DNA of 63,769 bases, the filler included, from Phoronis australis (taxonomy: Eukaryota > Animalia > Phoronida), in assembly GCA_002633005.1 (NCBI GenBank). It is 12 parts of 12 records of this genome, joined end to end, with 100 filler letters (N's around TTAATTAATTAA, not from the genome) between each part and the next. Parts side by side here need not be neighbours in the genome. Positions count along the whole stretch, not along the records: positions 36,063 to 40,199 come from NMRA01002688.1; positions 40,300 to 48,609 come from NMRA01001631.1; positions 48,710 to 50,930 come from NMRA01003787.1; 9 more parts are not named here. The stretch is one strand, 5' to 3'. Positions within the stretch are counted from its first letter, which is position 1, and each line of letters starts with the position of its first letter. Of this stretch, positions 36,300 to 49,135 are shown in pieces. A program made the translations under genes and the position numbers. A model generated the notes under the pieces. That model saw only the letters and a list, made by a program, of their open reading frames with translations. It ran no database searches and was not told the origin of the DNA.

Positions 36300-37563
36300 T
36301 TGTTGCTTGATTTCAACGACATTCTTAGTAACTTGGCCTATCTGTATGCATTTAGAAAAAGTTATGGTTGCCAAGACTTATAAGGTCTATTAAGGTTTAT
36401 TGCCTCAGTATCCACATCGGCTGATCGATCGACTTGTCAAAAGCATTTGACTGCCTTCCACATAAGTTAGGTTGTTCACAAGACGCCCCACTGAAAGTTA
36501 AGACTGCACGTGAATAAGGTAATTGACACCTCCGGTTCCAAAAGCGATCCCCAAGGATTTGTTTTTATTTATGATGTTGTGTCTCTACTGTGGTAAATGC
36601 AATTTGTACAACTATGCATGCAGATGGCAAGACACTATAGTACACATTGACAGCTCTATTGAAAATGTTACAGGCTCATTGAGCATATTGCTTTAGCTTA
36701 GTTTAATGTCAACCATATGTATGCAAACTACAGATAAAAAATTCAGGCCATGGTTTTCAGTAAAGAACCCTTACTTGACCGTCGCTTCCTTCAATTTAGC
36801 GTGTGCCAGGTCTGTTAAGCTTCTAGGTGTTACTGTAGAAGGGAAACTCAGTTTCCATTGTCATGTTGATAACATCGCTAACAAGTCATCCGGCATTTGT
36901 TGCCATTTGCTAGACATTGACATCAAGTCAGAAACTATATTTTGCCTTTGCTAGGCCCTTTTTATCTAATGTCCCTTTGTTCCTTAGTTTGGTGTGTCGT
37001 ATCCAGAGGAGTAGAAAGCATATAAAGAAAGTCTAATGGCCTTAAGGTTTCTCTTTAATGAGCTCCTCGTATTCAGCATTGTCATTTGGAGCAAACTCAA
37101 TCACGCTGCTCATTTCCAGAATGAAATTACTAGGGATTGAAGTTTTCTAACATGTGAAGGGTAATGGTCCTTGTTCATTGCAAAAGTTCACTATTCGGAA
37201 GCTGCCCTTTAATGTCAGGGAGGTTGCACGGCTCCGGCAATACGACAACTTATCAGGGGACAAACTCGATTAAACAAATGTGTTACGTGTTGTGTACTAA
37301 TTTAGGCACTTTCAGCGGTAGGCTGGCAAGTTTTTCTTTTGAAACAGGAATGTACCTGTCAGCACTTCATGTATAATTATGTCTTTTGATAAGTGAAGTA
37401 AGATATCACTGTCAATGTAATATACGTTTCATTGTATAAATCTCATCTACTGCATCTTTGTATATTCTCCTCATATTTTATCGGTTTACTAGCACTTATG
37501 CTAATGGTGCCTTGTTTTGCTTTGTCCTGCACTGAAGTGAAATAAGCATCTTACTTACGTACT
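36300..37563 (+). pseudogene. Highly degenerate CR1/L2-type reverse transcriptase 3' fragment
   Basis: DLSKAFDCLPH at 36431-36463 and VKLLGVTVEGKLSFHCHVDNIANK at ~36814-36885. Tail ...AATAAGCATCTTACTTAC near 37540-37560. Confidence 0.8.
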
Positions 37564-37859
37564 CACTAATACTAAGCCGACAGTCGTGGTACTATATGAC
37601 GTCCCTGCATGTCTCTAATCGTTCAACACTATCTGACGGGATCGAGCATGGTACGATGTACGGTAGAATACAAAAACCAAAACACATTTGTTAGCGTTTA
37701 AGCGGTAACATTAGTTGACCCAAACGTTGTCGGCCGAAAAATTGTTAAGACTGCATAGCAGGGAGTTTGCAGCAGCACGGGGCAGATTGGTTAATTTCGT
37801 TTTCTTACGACATGCCTGCAAGCGGTGCGATAAGCGGTGCAGTTCTCGGAACATTTAAA

Positions 37860-38950
37860 GCCCCCCCCCTGTCCACCGAGACGCACGTCTTTCGTAACCG
37901 GCAAACAATGGCCGATAAACAGTGCTTTTCTTGGGACTTAAAACTTTTCGAAATTCGCAAATGCCATCCCGGGAACTGGTCTGGCTGTGGACATAAGGCG
38001 CAACGCGGGAAAGCAAACATACCGAAATTGAAGTAAGCGCCTGTTGGCCCGTGCGGCACAAGCTCCTGCGTGGACACCTCGTGATGCAACTCCACAGCCA
38101 TATCAGTCCGCGAGATGGCCGTTGATATGCACCGTGTATCGGCCATTGCTACCTATTTCAGAAGGTCTTCTTGTGCTAACAGAGGGTCTTGAAGTTTTTT
38201 CTAAGTTCCGAGAAAATTGCACTTTTTATCGCCAATTATTACCTATTTCATAAATGGGTCTTTGAATTTTTTTAAGTAGGCTGGAGAAAAGCACCGATCG
38301 GTAATTGTTATCGGCCCCTCTCAGTTCTGCAAAAGGCAGACCTGCGGCCGGGGGTGGCCACTCAAGTATTACCGATCGGCCGGATGGGCATGCATTGAGA
38401 CAACCTCAGTCGGCAGGCAAACAGCCCGAAATTGAATTTGAACAAGCGCAAGCTGGTCGGAATGGCAAGCTTCCGCGTGGTCGCCTCGAGATGCAGTTCA
38501 CAGCCGTAGCGGCACATGTACCTCTCCGGTTTGGCTTCTGCAAAATTAAAAAGATATTCAAATTCCCAGAAAAGCACAGTATTTCGTCCATTGTGACCGG
38601 TTTCGGCTAGGGCGCCTTGTGTAGAACCATTGCACGTAGAACCGTTTGTCACTAGGGTGCGACTCAGAACAGGATACTGCAAGAACACCCGAAATCTAGT
38701 AGCCGATCGGCCAAACCGTGGGCAGGGCAACCGCGGCAAGCAAACACCCCGAAATTAAACTTGAATAAGCCCAAACTGTCCGGTGTGGTAAGCTCAGTCC
38801 CGCGTGCTCCCCTTGCTCACCCTCGGGCTGGCCTCTGTGAATTTTCCAAGTCCCAAAAGCACCGTTTATCGGCCATTGTCACCACTTTCAGAAATGGACA
38901 TTAAAAGTTTTTTCCCGAGAAAATCATCGTTTATCAGCCAGTGTTGTTGG
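37860..38950. repeat. Diverged GC-richer modular repeat region
   Basis: AAAGCACCGTTTATCGGCCATTG-like motifs recur (~38128, 38218, 38288, 38571, 38856, 38920; inverted at ~37905), as do GCAAACA..CCGAAATT.AA motifs (~38013, 38418, 38740). Confidence 0.6.
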
Positions 38951-41399
38951 CATTGTTAGAAGTAGCTTTTTTGCAAAGTGCAGGGGCAAACCACTACAGC
39001 GGTCGGCAGTGGTCGAGAACCTGATACGTCAACCAGGACAAGCGTACAACCCGAAGGCAAAATTACTGAGCCGTAGTACAAGATGCCGTGCCACAGCGCA
39101 GTTGCATATCATCGAGGGTTGCACCCTGCGTTTGCCAGGCGGTAGAACGCCCCGCCTGAAGTTGACGAAACTGCTAGTGGCATTGCTTTTTTACCCACCT
39201 TTCTCCGCCGACCGGGAAACGGTCGTGCTAGCGGGCGGTGTGCATAAATGATTGAATTTGGCGCAGGATTATTGGGTGGATCAGGATATGACCAGTTTTC
39301 CTAGACCATAAAATAGTGAATCTAAGACGTACCGCTTTAAATCGTTCCAAATATACTAAGCAGGTAAGCTAGAGAGTTCTGATTTTACCAGAAACTGACT
39401 AGGTATTGGTTTATTTTTCTGATCGTACTCGGCACATAAATGACGCGGCGCGACAAGCCAACTTATAGTACCTGTCCACAGGTCAGCTACATGTATGAGC
39501 AGTAACTGCCAGTTCTCTCAAGCCCCGAAGACCAAGACCAATGACTTTTATGAGGGTAACATGTACGTGTAAATCAAAAGTTGTTTTACGATGATGCAGT
39601 TTTATTAGCCAGCCTTTCAGAAATAGGTGTAATAATTTGGTTACCACGGCATTAGTCCGTATACCGAGGAACCGTCGTGTGATTCGAATGAAAATCACTG
39701 ATGTATTTTGCTGCCTAAAATCAGGCTTGTGAATATTTTTCGTCAACTTAACGTCACCAGTGTTTCTTACTTGCTAAAGGTAACTGTCGTGAGTGTTCAT
39801 CCCTGAGACATAAATACCTCATACGTGTAGTTGCAGTTACATTTTGAACAAAGCTTATGCATCTTTAAAAAGTTTTTCGTCAACTTTACACCGAACGTTT
39901 TTCTACACAAAAATGCTCATGCAACCAAAATGATGACCATACATGTTTGCTAGGCTCATTTGATAGTTCGACGACAGTGCTTTCGAAAAGTAGGCCTGCA
40001 GAGGAAATGCAGCGTTTTCGACATTTGTTTTTTCAAAGACAGCGCTACACGTCATATACACAAAGAAAAGTGACCATCTAAGACAGTAAAGGTAACGAGA
40101 TCTGTAAAACGCTTGTCATTTGAAAAAGTATGTCAAGCAGACATCCAAATGCAGTTTACCGTTATTGTACAATAGACGCGAGTGAACAGGTAGCACCTGN
40201 NNNNNNNNNNNNNNNNNNNNNNNNNNNNNNNNNNNNNNNNNNNTTAATTAATTAANNNNNNNNNNNNNNNNNNNNNNNNNNNNNNNNNNNNNNNNNNNNA
40301 AGTTGACTTGTCACGGTGTGTCATTTCAAGTCCCGAACATGGTCTCTAAAAATAACGAACTGTCACTTCGTTGCAATCACTTCTCTTTTCAATGCGGAGT
40401 CAGTTGAGACGAATTTTACAACTGTAAGTGGTTTAAACCAAATGTTCGTTTCTTGGGCAGATATCGGACTCAGTTTCGCCGCATTAGGCCTTGTGTTCCT
40501 TCATTCTAATTTCGCGGTGCTAAATGACAACTCAAGAAGGATAACGTGTTAAAAACACCCATATTACGAAAAACGAAATATAAACGTGATTGTAGGTGAT
40601 AAATTAACATTTCGGGTTCGCTGGGTTTGTTCTTGGGAGATGAGAAAGGGCGATAACAAGCTATGATCACGACGACACGTGGCGCTGGTGTACGCAGATT
40701 AATGGATCGGCCTTTTGTCCAAAATAACGCCTTTTTAGAGTCAAAACTTCCTGGGGGTGGACGGTGCCACGCGTGTGGGCGCATAAACACATTTCTTCTC
40801 TGACCTAAGAATTTGAAACCAGAGCAACGCGGAGAGGTGCCTGCATCAACCGAGTGCATAGCATGTAGCGCAGATACATGGGATCGTCATTATTTTAGAC
40901 AATCTCACTAACGCCGGCCTACTCATCCTTCATCAAGAGTATTCACGCAGTTTCGATGATAGGGAGGTGGGCCAGGTGTGAAAAGTTGTGTCAATCCCAA
41001 AAAGGCGAAGACACTTCAAGAACATCAGTCGTGCACGCAGTAAAAAGGTAGTAAGAAAAAGTGTCCCACTTTGTTAAGCAAGGGTGTTTTTTTATTTCAA
41101 AACACGTCAAAAATGATGCAAAAATTGACTTACCACTTTAAAGCAACAGAAAAAATACATAACCTCAGTCCTACAATTTAATTCTGGCTATGTGAAACCA
41201 ACGAAAACCTTGTCGAAATCACCTTCACAATATCTCTTGAACAGAACTTTGCAGCCTCGAACACATCAGAAATATCAAAACTCTTTAATCGGATGCCTGT
41301 TCCTTTTAAATCAATGAGGTAGCTTGCTACACCTAGTTTCAGATGAACAGTTTTCTCATTTGCAATCTCATTAAACTATTGGATTCCAAAACAAACCTG

Positions 41400-42090
41400 A
41401 AGGAAACACATGATTTCGATTTGAACTGCTCCGGATTTTGATGATCACTTGCTGAGACAATAAATTGCATCTATGTCCCTTCAGCTCATACTTATACGAG
41501 TTGACATTTACATGTCAATCCATTTTCTTCTGTTCATTGGGCAGCAATTCTAAGACCAATAATTCAGTTTCTCTTAGTCAAAATCCGTGTTTCGGCATTC
41601 CAATTTATGTTCCTTTTGTAATAACGCCGCAGAGAAGCTGTCACACCTTTTTTGGGAATGTCGCCTTTTACAAGATTTCTGGAAGGAATTCGGAAAGCTA
41701 CTTCAAAAGTGTCTCATTCAGCTTCCCAACTGTCTCTCTTGCGAACATGTTATTCTTGGACTTTATGAGACGCACGATTTTATATTTAACATTTTGCTTT
41801 TACTAACCAAACAGCAGTACATTTACAAGGAGAGACGTCACAAATACCCAATTTTCACAAGCTTTCTGCATATACTTATGCTGAAAAATTAATTGCATAT
41901 AAAAACTTTGTACATGACAGCTTCTCTGCGAAATGGGAAAATCTCACGTTAACTCCATGTAGCATTTGTTTACAGTATAAGAGATACGAGAATGGTCTCT
42001 CCTGAGGTGTGCATGCGTGAATGAATGGATGTACTTACTTGTTTGTTTGTTTTTTGTACTTGTTTATAAATGATAATAAACACCTAAAAA
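41400..42090 (+). mobile_element. L1/Tx1-type LINE 3' end (zinc-knuckle region), degenerate
   Basis: LCSFCNNAAEKLSHLFWECRLLQDFW...NILLLLTKQQYIYK, followed by a 3' UTR ending AATAAACACCTAAAAA. Confidence 0.8.
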
Positions 42091-42688
42091 TAATTCCGTT
42101 TCTCTAACTGAATTGTTTTCAGTACTACATATCATTGGACATGGCTGCCAAGTCGTTTTCTTTTCTTCACTGGCAAGTGCTTGCAGTCTTCTTTTCCTGT
42201 TGCTCATTCGTTTCCATACACATAATTTAAATCATTGCTACCCTTAAACAAACAATTTTCATCTAACAAGTAGCTTACGTCAGTACCCTCACCTTCCTCG
42301 TCAGCCAACTCGAGTCAATTTCACAAACCTGATGTCACCTATTACAGCATATATTATATACACCAGGCAACAAATACAAGTATATTACGTTTCAACAATA
42401 GATAAATTTTAATTTAAACCAACTGTCACGCGATTAATTGGCTGCTAGTCCAAGAACGTGTTGAACATGGTTGCGATGAAGTCTTGCATTGTCGTCCATG
42501 TGTATGAAGCTTGCACCTGCGTGTGGTGCCAGTAGCGAACAGAAGTCGGATTACCACCAATGTGCACGGGACCAGTGAGAAACCGACTTCTACAAATGAT
42601 ACTAACAATAGATACTCCCTCCATTGCGGTCACTTGGAATTGAGCTCACCCCTTCGCCGGACTTGCACGTTCAGTTATTACGACAGAT

Positions 42689-42762
42689 GAAAAACAAGCA
42701 AAATCGTAAAAACAAGCAAAATCGTAAAAACAAGCAAAATCGTAAAAACAAGCAAAATCGTA
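42689..42762. repeat. 18-bp tandem repeat AAAAACAAGCAAAATCGT x4
   Basis: Directly visible, just downstream of the Ly6 stop codon. Confidence 0.95.
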
Positions 42763-42872
42763 CTAACAAACCAAGTGACTCGAAGATAAAAAATCCCGCC
42801 GATTCCGGATTTCAAACAGTCACATATTGGTAAAATATTTCCTTGAGCAAAGAAATAGATAAGTTTACTGGT

Positions 42873-43066
42873 TTACGTGGCGCTGATGTACATTGCGAAA
42901 ACGGCCATTAGCAAAATGGCGCCCCAAGTTGCCATTGGCGACGCAGCTGGGTTGCATTTGTCACCTGTACAATAACAAACTGTTCCGCCGATGCCGCCAT
43001 GTTTAGCTTCCTTGCAACCGTCCCACAGTATTGAGGTAGCACAGAAGCGATTCACAATTTCAGTTC
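42873..43066 (-). CDS. Ly6/uPAR (quiver/sleepless-like) GPI-anchored protein, exon 3
   Basis: Acceptor TTTGCAG|, reading GTEIVNRFCATSILWDGCKEAKHGGIGGTVCYCTGDKCN then a hydrophobic GPI signal PAASPMATWGAILLMAVFAMYISAT*. Confidence 0.92.
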
Positions 43067-43279
43067 CTGCAAAGTAAAAAGCAAGCTTGGACTGTTCAAT
43101 TCTCATTTCACAGTAAGAGAAATATCACGGGTAGTAGTCGGTTTTTAACAAACCGCAAAGCTTAGTATTCCAGCAATGGTTGGTGTTCGCGCGTTAACTG
43201 ACTCCACGGCGAGGATTAGGGCACTCAGAATAGGTTATTGCTTGTTTTTCAGTATGCCGGTTTCGACAAGCATTGTTTC

Positions 43280-44240
43280 AAGTTCCTAGTTTTATTACAA
43301 AATGTAAAAATCGACTGCCACTCAAATAGTGCCTAAAAATATCCAGATAAAAATAAAGAAACGTTATGATTGACATTTTCTTACAAAGGACGGATACAAA
43401 AGGTTGAAACAAATTGATAAATAACGTAGAAAATAAATCTGAATCTAAATAAGGCGATCCAGATCCTCCCAAGGATACTATTGTTTCATGAAATGTAGAA
43501 TATAAATCGGTAAATAAAACAACAAGAATGGATCAACTGAAATTTGAAATTTTCGGATGTAATAACTACCTTTGTCAACAAAAACAGAAATAAAGTAAAA
43601 TCAAACACTATATGACAATAGACACATAAGATATGGTGTAATGAATATGATACATTTTTGCGTAAAAAATTCAATGACATATTTTAAGAAGTTTTTATGT
43701 TCAATCCATGAGGTTCTATTGTATTAAGCTTGTCTATCCAATATTGTTCTCTTTTGAGTCTGTGAGGGGTACTGGGGTGTTGGAGTTTTTCTATTATTTG
43801 TACAGAAAGATCTTGAATATTATGGTTTTTGGAATTGAAATGATTACCTATAGTATCAGAAATGTTTTTATGTATTATGTTAAATCTATGATTACGAAAC
43901 CGAGTTTGTAGATTATGTTGAGTTTGTCCTACGTATTGGATAGAACATTTTTTACAAGTTATAAGGTAAATAATATTGTTGGTGGTGCAATCAGAATAAT
44001 GTTTTATTTCAAAGTTTTCATTGGTTTGGGAAGACTGGAAAAAAGTGCTATCGTTGATAAAGTTACACATTTTACACCTAGTTTTGTTACATTGTGTGTT
44101 GCGAATAGGTTTGTCAGTTTGTTGTATATTGTCGATATTAGCTTTAACTAAATAAGTTTTTTAGATTTTTACATTTTCTCCAAGAAATTATAGGTGGATG
44201 AGGAAATAAGGTTTTTCAATTGAGGGGATTCTTTAAGAAC
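43280..44240 (-). mobile_element. Penelope-like element 3' fragment (GIY-YIG endonuclease with Cys-rich linker, Neptune-like) in Ly6 intron 2
   Basis: CNKTRCKMCNFI...CTTNNIIYLITCKKCSIQYVGQT..NLQTRFRNH...RLKREQYWIDKLNTIEPHGLN* at 43684-44100. Outer boundaries are approximate. Confidence 0.88.
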
Positions 44241-46052
44241 TAAAACTAAAGGCAATACTACTGATAGAATACCATTCATAACTATGTTCAATCCATGTTT
44301 AAACGGAATTAGCCACGTCTTCAGAAAACATCTTTCCACGCTGCATATTTCCCCTCAAGTCTTCGCGAGATTACGTGAGAAATTGCCGTGTATTTTAAAT
44401 GAGAACAAGTGACTTTGACTAGGTTTTAGCTAGGTCCTAGCGTAAGTCCTAGCGTCTACTGAACAAGTAACAAGTATGAATAGCTGGTATTATTCGTGCA
44501 CTGTGTCCTTGAAGAAGCAAGTGACCGGATTACTTGCAGTAGTTCCCATGACATCTATTGTTGGATTAAAAAATAATAATACTGGTTTAACATACTAGTG
44601 TTTGGTTTTAGTTGTTCATTGATGCAAATCTACCCAGCTTGTATGTTGTTCTCTGTATGTGACCTTGCTTTTCATTGTCAAGTGTAAGCCCCAGTAGTTT
44701 ATCTACTCAGTTAAAATGCTACCAAATCCGGTTCTGGCCTACTAAAAACGACTTTTCCCGTCCAGTTCTCTGAAACGAAATAATGCTCTGAAACATCGAC
44801 AACTCTCATTAGTTCGGAGGACAAGACAGCTTCAAACGGGCAAGACCTATGCTTTTAGCGAATTGCAGGGTACTGTGGGAAAAGACCAACAACTAAGGAC
44901 GGTACTATCTAATTTGCGAAATGAATGACGCATTGGTAGGTGACATAACAGGATTGGTTGAAATCGTCAGTCAAAACAGGATTACATGTAAGTATCCCTT
45001 AAACGACCTGGAACATGCGCGCACCAAGCATAAAATATAGGAGGGCTCGAATTTTTTCGATATGTGGACCTTTTACTGAAAGAATTCAATGAGGAATTAA
45101 AAAAAAAAAAANACGAACCGCGCCGACTTCCCGTGGATTTTGTTGACTTTCGTCTCGTTTACTCGGACTTTTTGCTTCACTGAGGCGGACCTTTTTGCCC
45201 AATTCGCCAAATTGTGGGGCTCCTGTGGAATGACCCACTTAGTCATCTCATAAGAGGATAATCTCAGCAATTTTGAGCTTGGCAACCACCATGATCAATG
45301 GTTTTGGGTGATTTTGATTTTTTGTTATTTGTCTCTAACATGCCACCAAAACTAGTTTTGGCCGGCTGACTACGATAACTTAAAAAAGAATTTATTAAAA
45401 TTCGTAGGCCTGTTGTCATTTGAGTGACCATAAACTGTCAGTCAGTTCAAAGACCAGATTTCCTTATTTCACCGATTTCACCACAAATGGAAAGGTACAC
45501 TAAAAATGCGCGAATATGTACAACATAAGAAAGTAAAAATGCTGACCGGCATAGACATCTTAATGTCTATGGTGCTGACGAACGGCTAAATTCGTCCTAG
45601 CCACTGAGCACGTTATGAGAACCTAAAGGCAACAGAACACGTACGTAGTTTATTCGGACCTAGTTTGTTCACTGCGTCAAACTTAAGTAATTGATATTTT
45701 CAATACGATAGCCAAAATTAATTAAAAATTATAGAAATCGGCCTGCCTTTTATAATTTATAACAACTTGACAAACAATCCTGAAAAAGGTATCGTTCCCC
45801 TAAGTTAAACAAATGTCTGAACTTCTCAAGGCCTCTGCGATAGGCACTAGTCTTCACACTGTGAAAGTTTGGGGGACATCTGAGGTTGTTTTTAAATTAT
45901 TCCTCGTACAGTCGTAGACTAGATTGGATACTGCTCACTGGTCGAGTCAGAAATGCGAACCGTTTGCAAAACCAGCGAAGACCGCAGACGCTTTGCGGCA
46001 GGCTCCAAATCTCTTAAATGAAGAGTAAGATACAGTTGCGTTCCAGACTTAC

Positions 46053-46166
46053 CGCCCGCTTCATGAATGAACTTCATGCACCCAGACGTCCCCATGGGGT
46101 AGACGCATTTGATCACTTTTCCCACGCTGCTGCCACAGTTGGAGCAAGAGTAGCATTCGAGTGCGT
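46053..46166 (-). CDS. Ly6/uPAR protein, exon 2
   Basis: TTTTCAG| ... G|GTAAGT, reading YALECYSCSNCGSSVGKVIKCVYPMGTSGCMKFIHEAG. Phase 1 on both sides. Confidence 0.92.
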
Positions 46167-46454
46167 CTGAAAATGGAGAGACGACAGTGCGCCACCATTG
46201 TCTACAATCTATTGCGCCACGCAGTGCACGATTTTTATGTCTACGGTATTGGCTACACTTAGTAAATATGAAACTGCACTTCAGACACTTGCTGCTTAGT
46301 AGTCGCCGCAAATAATTATTTTACGCCATAAAAACTATATAACAAGAATTTACGCACGTGACGTTCACCCATTTGGCCAACAACGTTTTGCTTATTACGT
46401 AGCACTGAGCGTGAAATCATCAATATCACTACAAAAGCTCCATTTACGGTTACG

Positions 46455-46665
46455 GCACTGGTCGGATATGGCGGTCCCTTAATTATTTAGAGAACCAGAT
46501 TCATCAACTAAGTAACGGGTCCGTTATTCAGTGAATGCCTGGTTCTCTAGTTCAGGGACCGCTATATCCGATCAGTGCACGCTGAATGCCTGGTTCTCTA
46601 ATTCAGGGACCGCTGAATCCGAAGAGTGCACGCTGAATGCCTGGTTCTCTAATTCAGGGACCGCA
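46455..46665. mobile_element. Small MITE whose right inverted repeat is tandemly amplified (51-bp period)
   Basis: 46455-46504 is an inverted copy of TGAATGCCTGGTTCTCTA.TTCAGGGACCGCT..ATCCGA..AGTGC, which repeats at 46532, 46583 and 46634. Confidence 0.75.
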
Positions 46666-47908
46666 TCGCATCTCTTGCTAAGGTCTTAAAACATTACGGC
46701 GTTCTCCCGTTTGAGTCCAACTTGTTCGGTTGCATAGCACAAAAAGAAGTCGGGCAGATCACCGCTGTAGCCAATACCTTACACGACTGATTAGGTCCAT
46801 GCTGGCATTTATGGTTGGAGGGTCAGCTCTCTTTTGTGCGATAACTTCTCTATTCTGCGTAGGAATACGCATAATATAGGGTTCCATCGAGACCGACTAG
46901 ACGGCTCGCTGGTTGCGTGGCGCTAGGTGGTAGAGGCTATTCATTTGTTGATATTGTTGATTTGGTGAAAGACAAGTTTGGTTATAAGTTTGTTATTCGT
47001 TACAGATTAGACCTGGAATACCTCCTGTTGTAACTTTGAAAGCTTACCCTCTGGAGGAGGCTTTGTGTCTATAAGTGTGCTAAAGGAATATTTGAGTCTC
47101 ACCAGTCTCGGATTCGAGGGATTCAGTCATGGTTGTTGATTGTATATCAGCTGCCAAGCAATGTTCAGAGACAATTTCTACATGTATGGCCACAGCTGGG
47201 TGGTCAGGTGCACCTAGGCTACATTTGCTCGGTTCTATGATTAACAGCCAAGATTGGTGTTTCTGATGATTTTGCAACTATGTTGTTGAATGATGTGGCC
47301 AGGAATAAATAATTATTGATTTGGTATATATATTGTCATTTCTGAATAAGCACAGTCAGTTGCTTTAAAGTCTCACGTGAGCGTATTATGCATATTCCTA
47401 CGGAGAATTTTCAAACTTCACCAACCCTTCAATATGGCGGGCTCGAATTCCTAACGTTGTGGACCTTTTGGTAACCAAATAGCCGGTGGACTAAAGAAAA
47501 AAAAACGGGCACCACTGTGAATTGCGCGTTTGTGCTTCAANCCCCCCTGGGTGCCCGCATGTATTCAACTGTAAAGAATGGTTCGGTCATTCGCACAGCG
47601 CTCTCTCATGGAATCTCTATTATGCTAATATGAAAAAAGTCACCGTGACGAAAAGCGCCCATTGACTACACTAAAAACCGGCGAAGTGGCAATCCGAACT
47701 TACCAACGCGTAAGTTTGACTGTGTTCACACGTGGCCTGGCAGATTAATTGTTGTCACTCCAGGCAAAAGACTGTTCGGCAGTTAATTAACAAAGGAGCA
47801 CACGATGTTACCACGCTCACAACTGCTCTGAACAGGAAAACACCCTAAATATGTCTAGGCTGCCGGGCTAAAATCAAGATTCGAATTGGTTTCAGTTCAT
47901 GTACTTAC

Positions 47909-47957
47909 AGCCTGTTGTCACAGAGGTGATCAAAATCAAAACGGCGAGTATCTTCAT
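47909..47957 (-). CDS. Ly6/uPAR protein, exon 1 (signal peptide)
   Basis: ATG at 47957, MKILAVLILITSVTTG, donor T|GTAAGT. The three exons (49+114+194 nt) give an uninterrupted 118-aa protein. Confidence 0.9.
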
Positions 47958-48709
47958 GTCAAGTTTGCCCTAGTGCTTGGATGCTGCAGCGCCAAACAGA
48001 TTTGATAATGAGACCCTTCGTTTGCTTACAAATGTACTGGAAGAACTCTAGCCGAGCCCACAGTCAATATTATTAAAGGTCAGTACCCTCTGACACAGCG
48101 CCACCTAGGATGTCAGTCACGGTCAAAGCAGAGTGAGTCAATGGGAATGCCTGACCTATTTACTAGCGGATGCTTTAAAGACTCCGTGCGTTCTTTGGGC
48201 CAGGTTTATTTTTGGATATTCCCGGTATCATGTCAATTTTTTTGATTTGCAGTGTGATTTCCGGTGCTCACTGAAAACAAAAGATGAATCACATAAAACA
48301 ACACAACCCGCCCTTGTCATGGTCCAGCCGAGCCGGAGGCCGGACTGCCAGTGACTGTAAAATTTACGACTTTACGATGTAGACATTGGAGGAATTAGGC
48401 ATCACCTAGGATCCAACCTCAGTCTACTGACAAGAAAAAAATCATTTGCCATCACTGAAGTGGCTCCCACTTGACACGCTTTAGTGAACTGGTACAACAT
48501 CAATCTAGCATTTGAAAGTATCATTTCTTCGTCACTGACGCTTCACTGGTAAATGCACTCCACTTACGTAGCTGTAGCGAGACGTTATTTGACCCGTCTC
48601 ACTGCAGTGNNNNNNNNNNNNNNNNNNNNNNNNNNNNNNNNNNNNNNNNNNNNTTAATTAATTAANNNNNNNNNNNNNNNNNNNNNNNNNNNNNNNNNNN
48701 NNNNNNNNN

Positions 48710-49016
48710 GCAACGTATTAAGCAGATGAAAGGTTAGTGTTGAACCAGATATCGTCCTTAACTCTTCAAGTCCCCTTGGCAAGACAAGAGCACCGGCATG
48801 GAGAACGCCACCAATTTCAAATCGTACCGCCGTAATAGAAGAGTTGTTATTGCGTGTTCTTTCGGGTGATCCTCCCTCGGTGTCGAGAAGAAATGTTCCG
48901 CGAGGAAGCACACTCAAACTCAAAAGTTCCAGATTGTTATGACCTCGTAAGCTCACGACATTAAAGATCTCAAGTTGTCCGCCAACTACAATCTGGTCAC
49001 ACCGAAACTCTTCGAT
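48710..49016 (-). CDS. Large beta-solenoid repeat protein, third visible exon (cut by segment end)
   Basis: TTCACAG|IEEFRCDQIVVGGQLEIFNVVSLRG...; phase 0 matches the donor at 49136. Confidence 0.85.
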
Positions 49017-49135
49017 CTGTGAACAACAACACACATGCCTAGCGAAACAATAAGAACATTAATACATTATAGTTTCGGAAACATAGAACTGAATGATACA
49101 GGTTAAGAATAGCCACAACAGAAAAATATACTTAC

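Noticed and set aside
37767-38739. Cluster of overlapping ORFs as real genes
   Set aside because: The higher GC of a repeat region explains them; there are no domains or splice structure.
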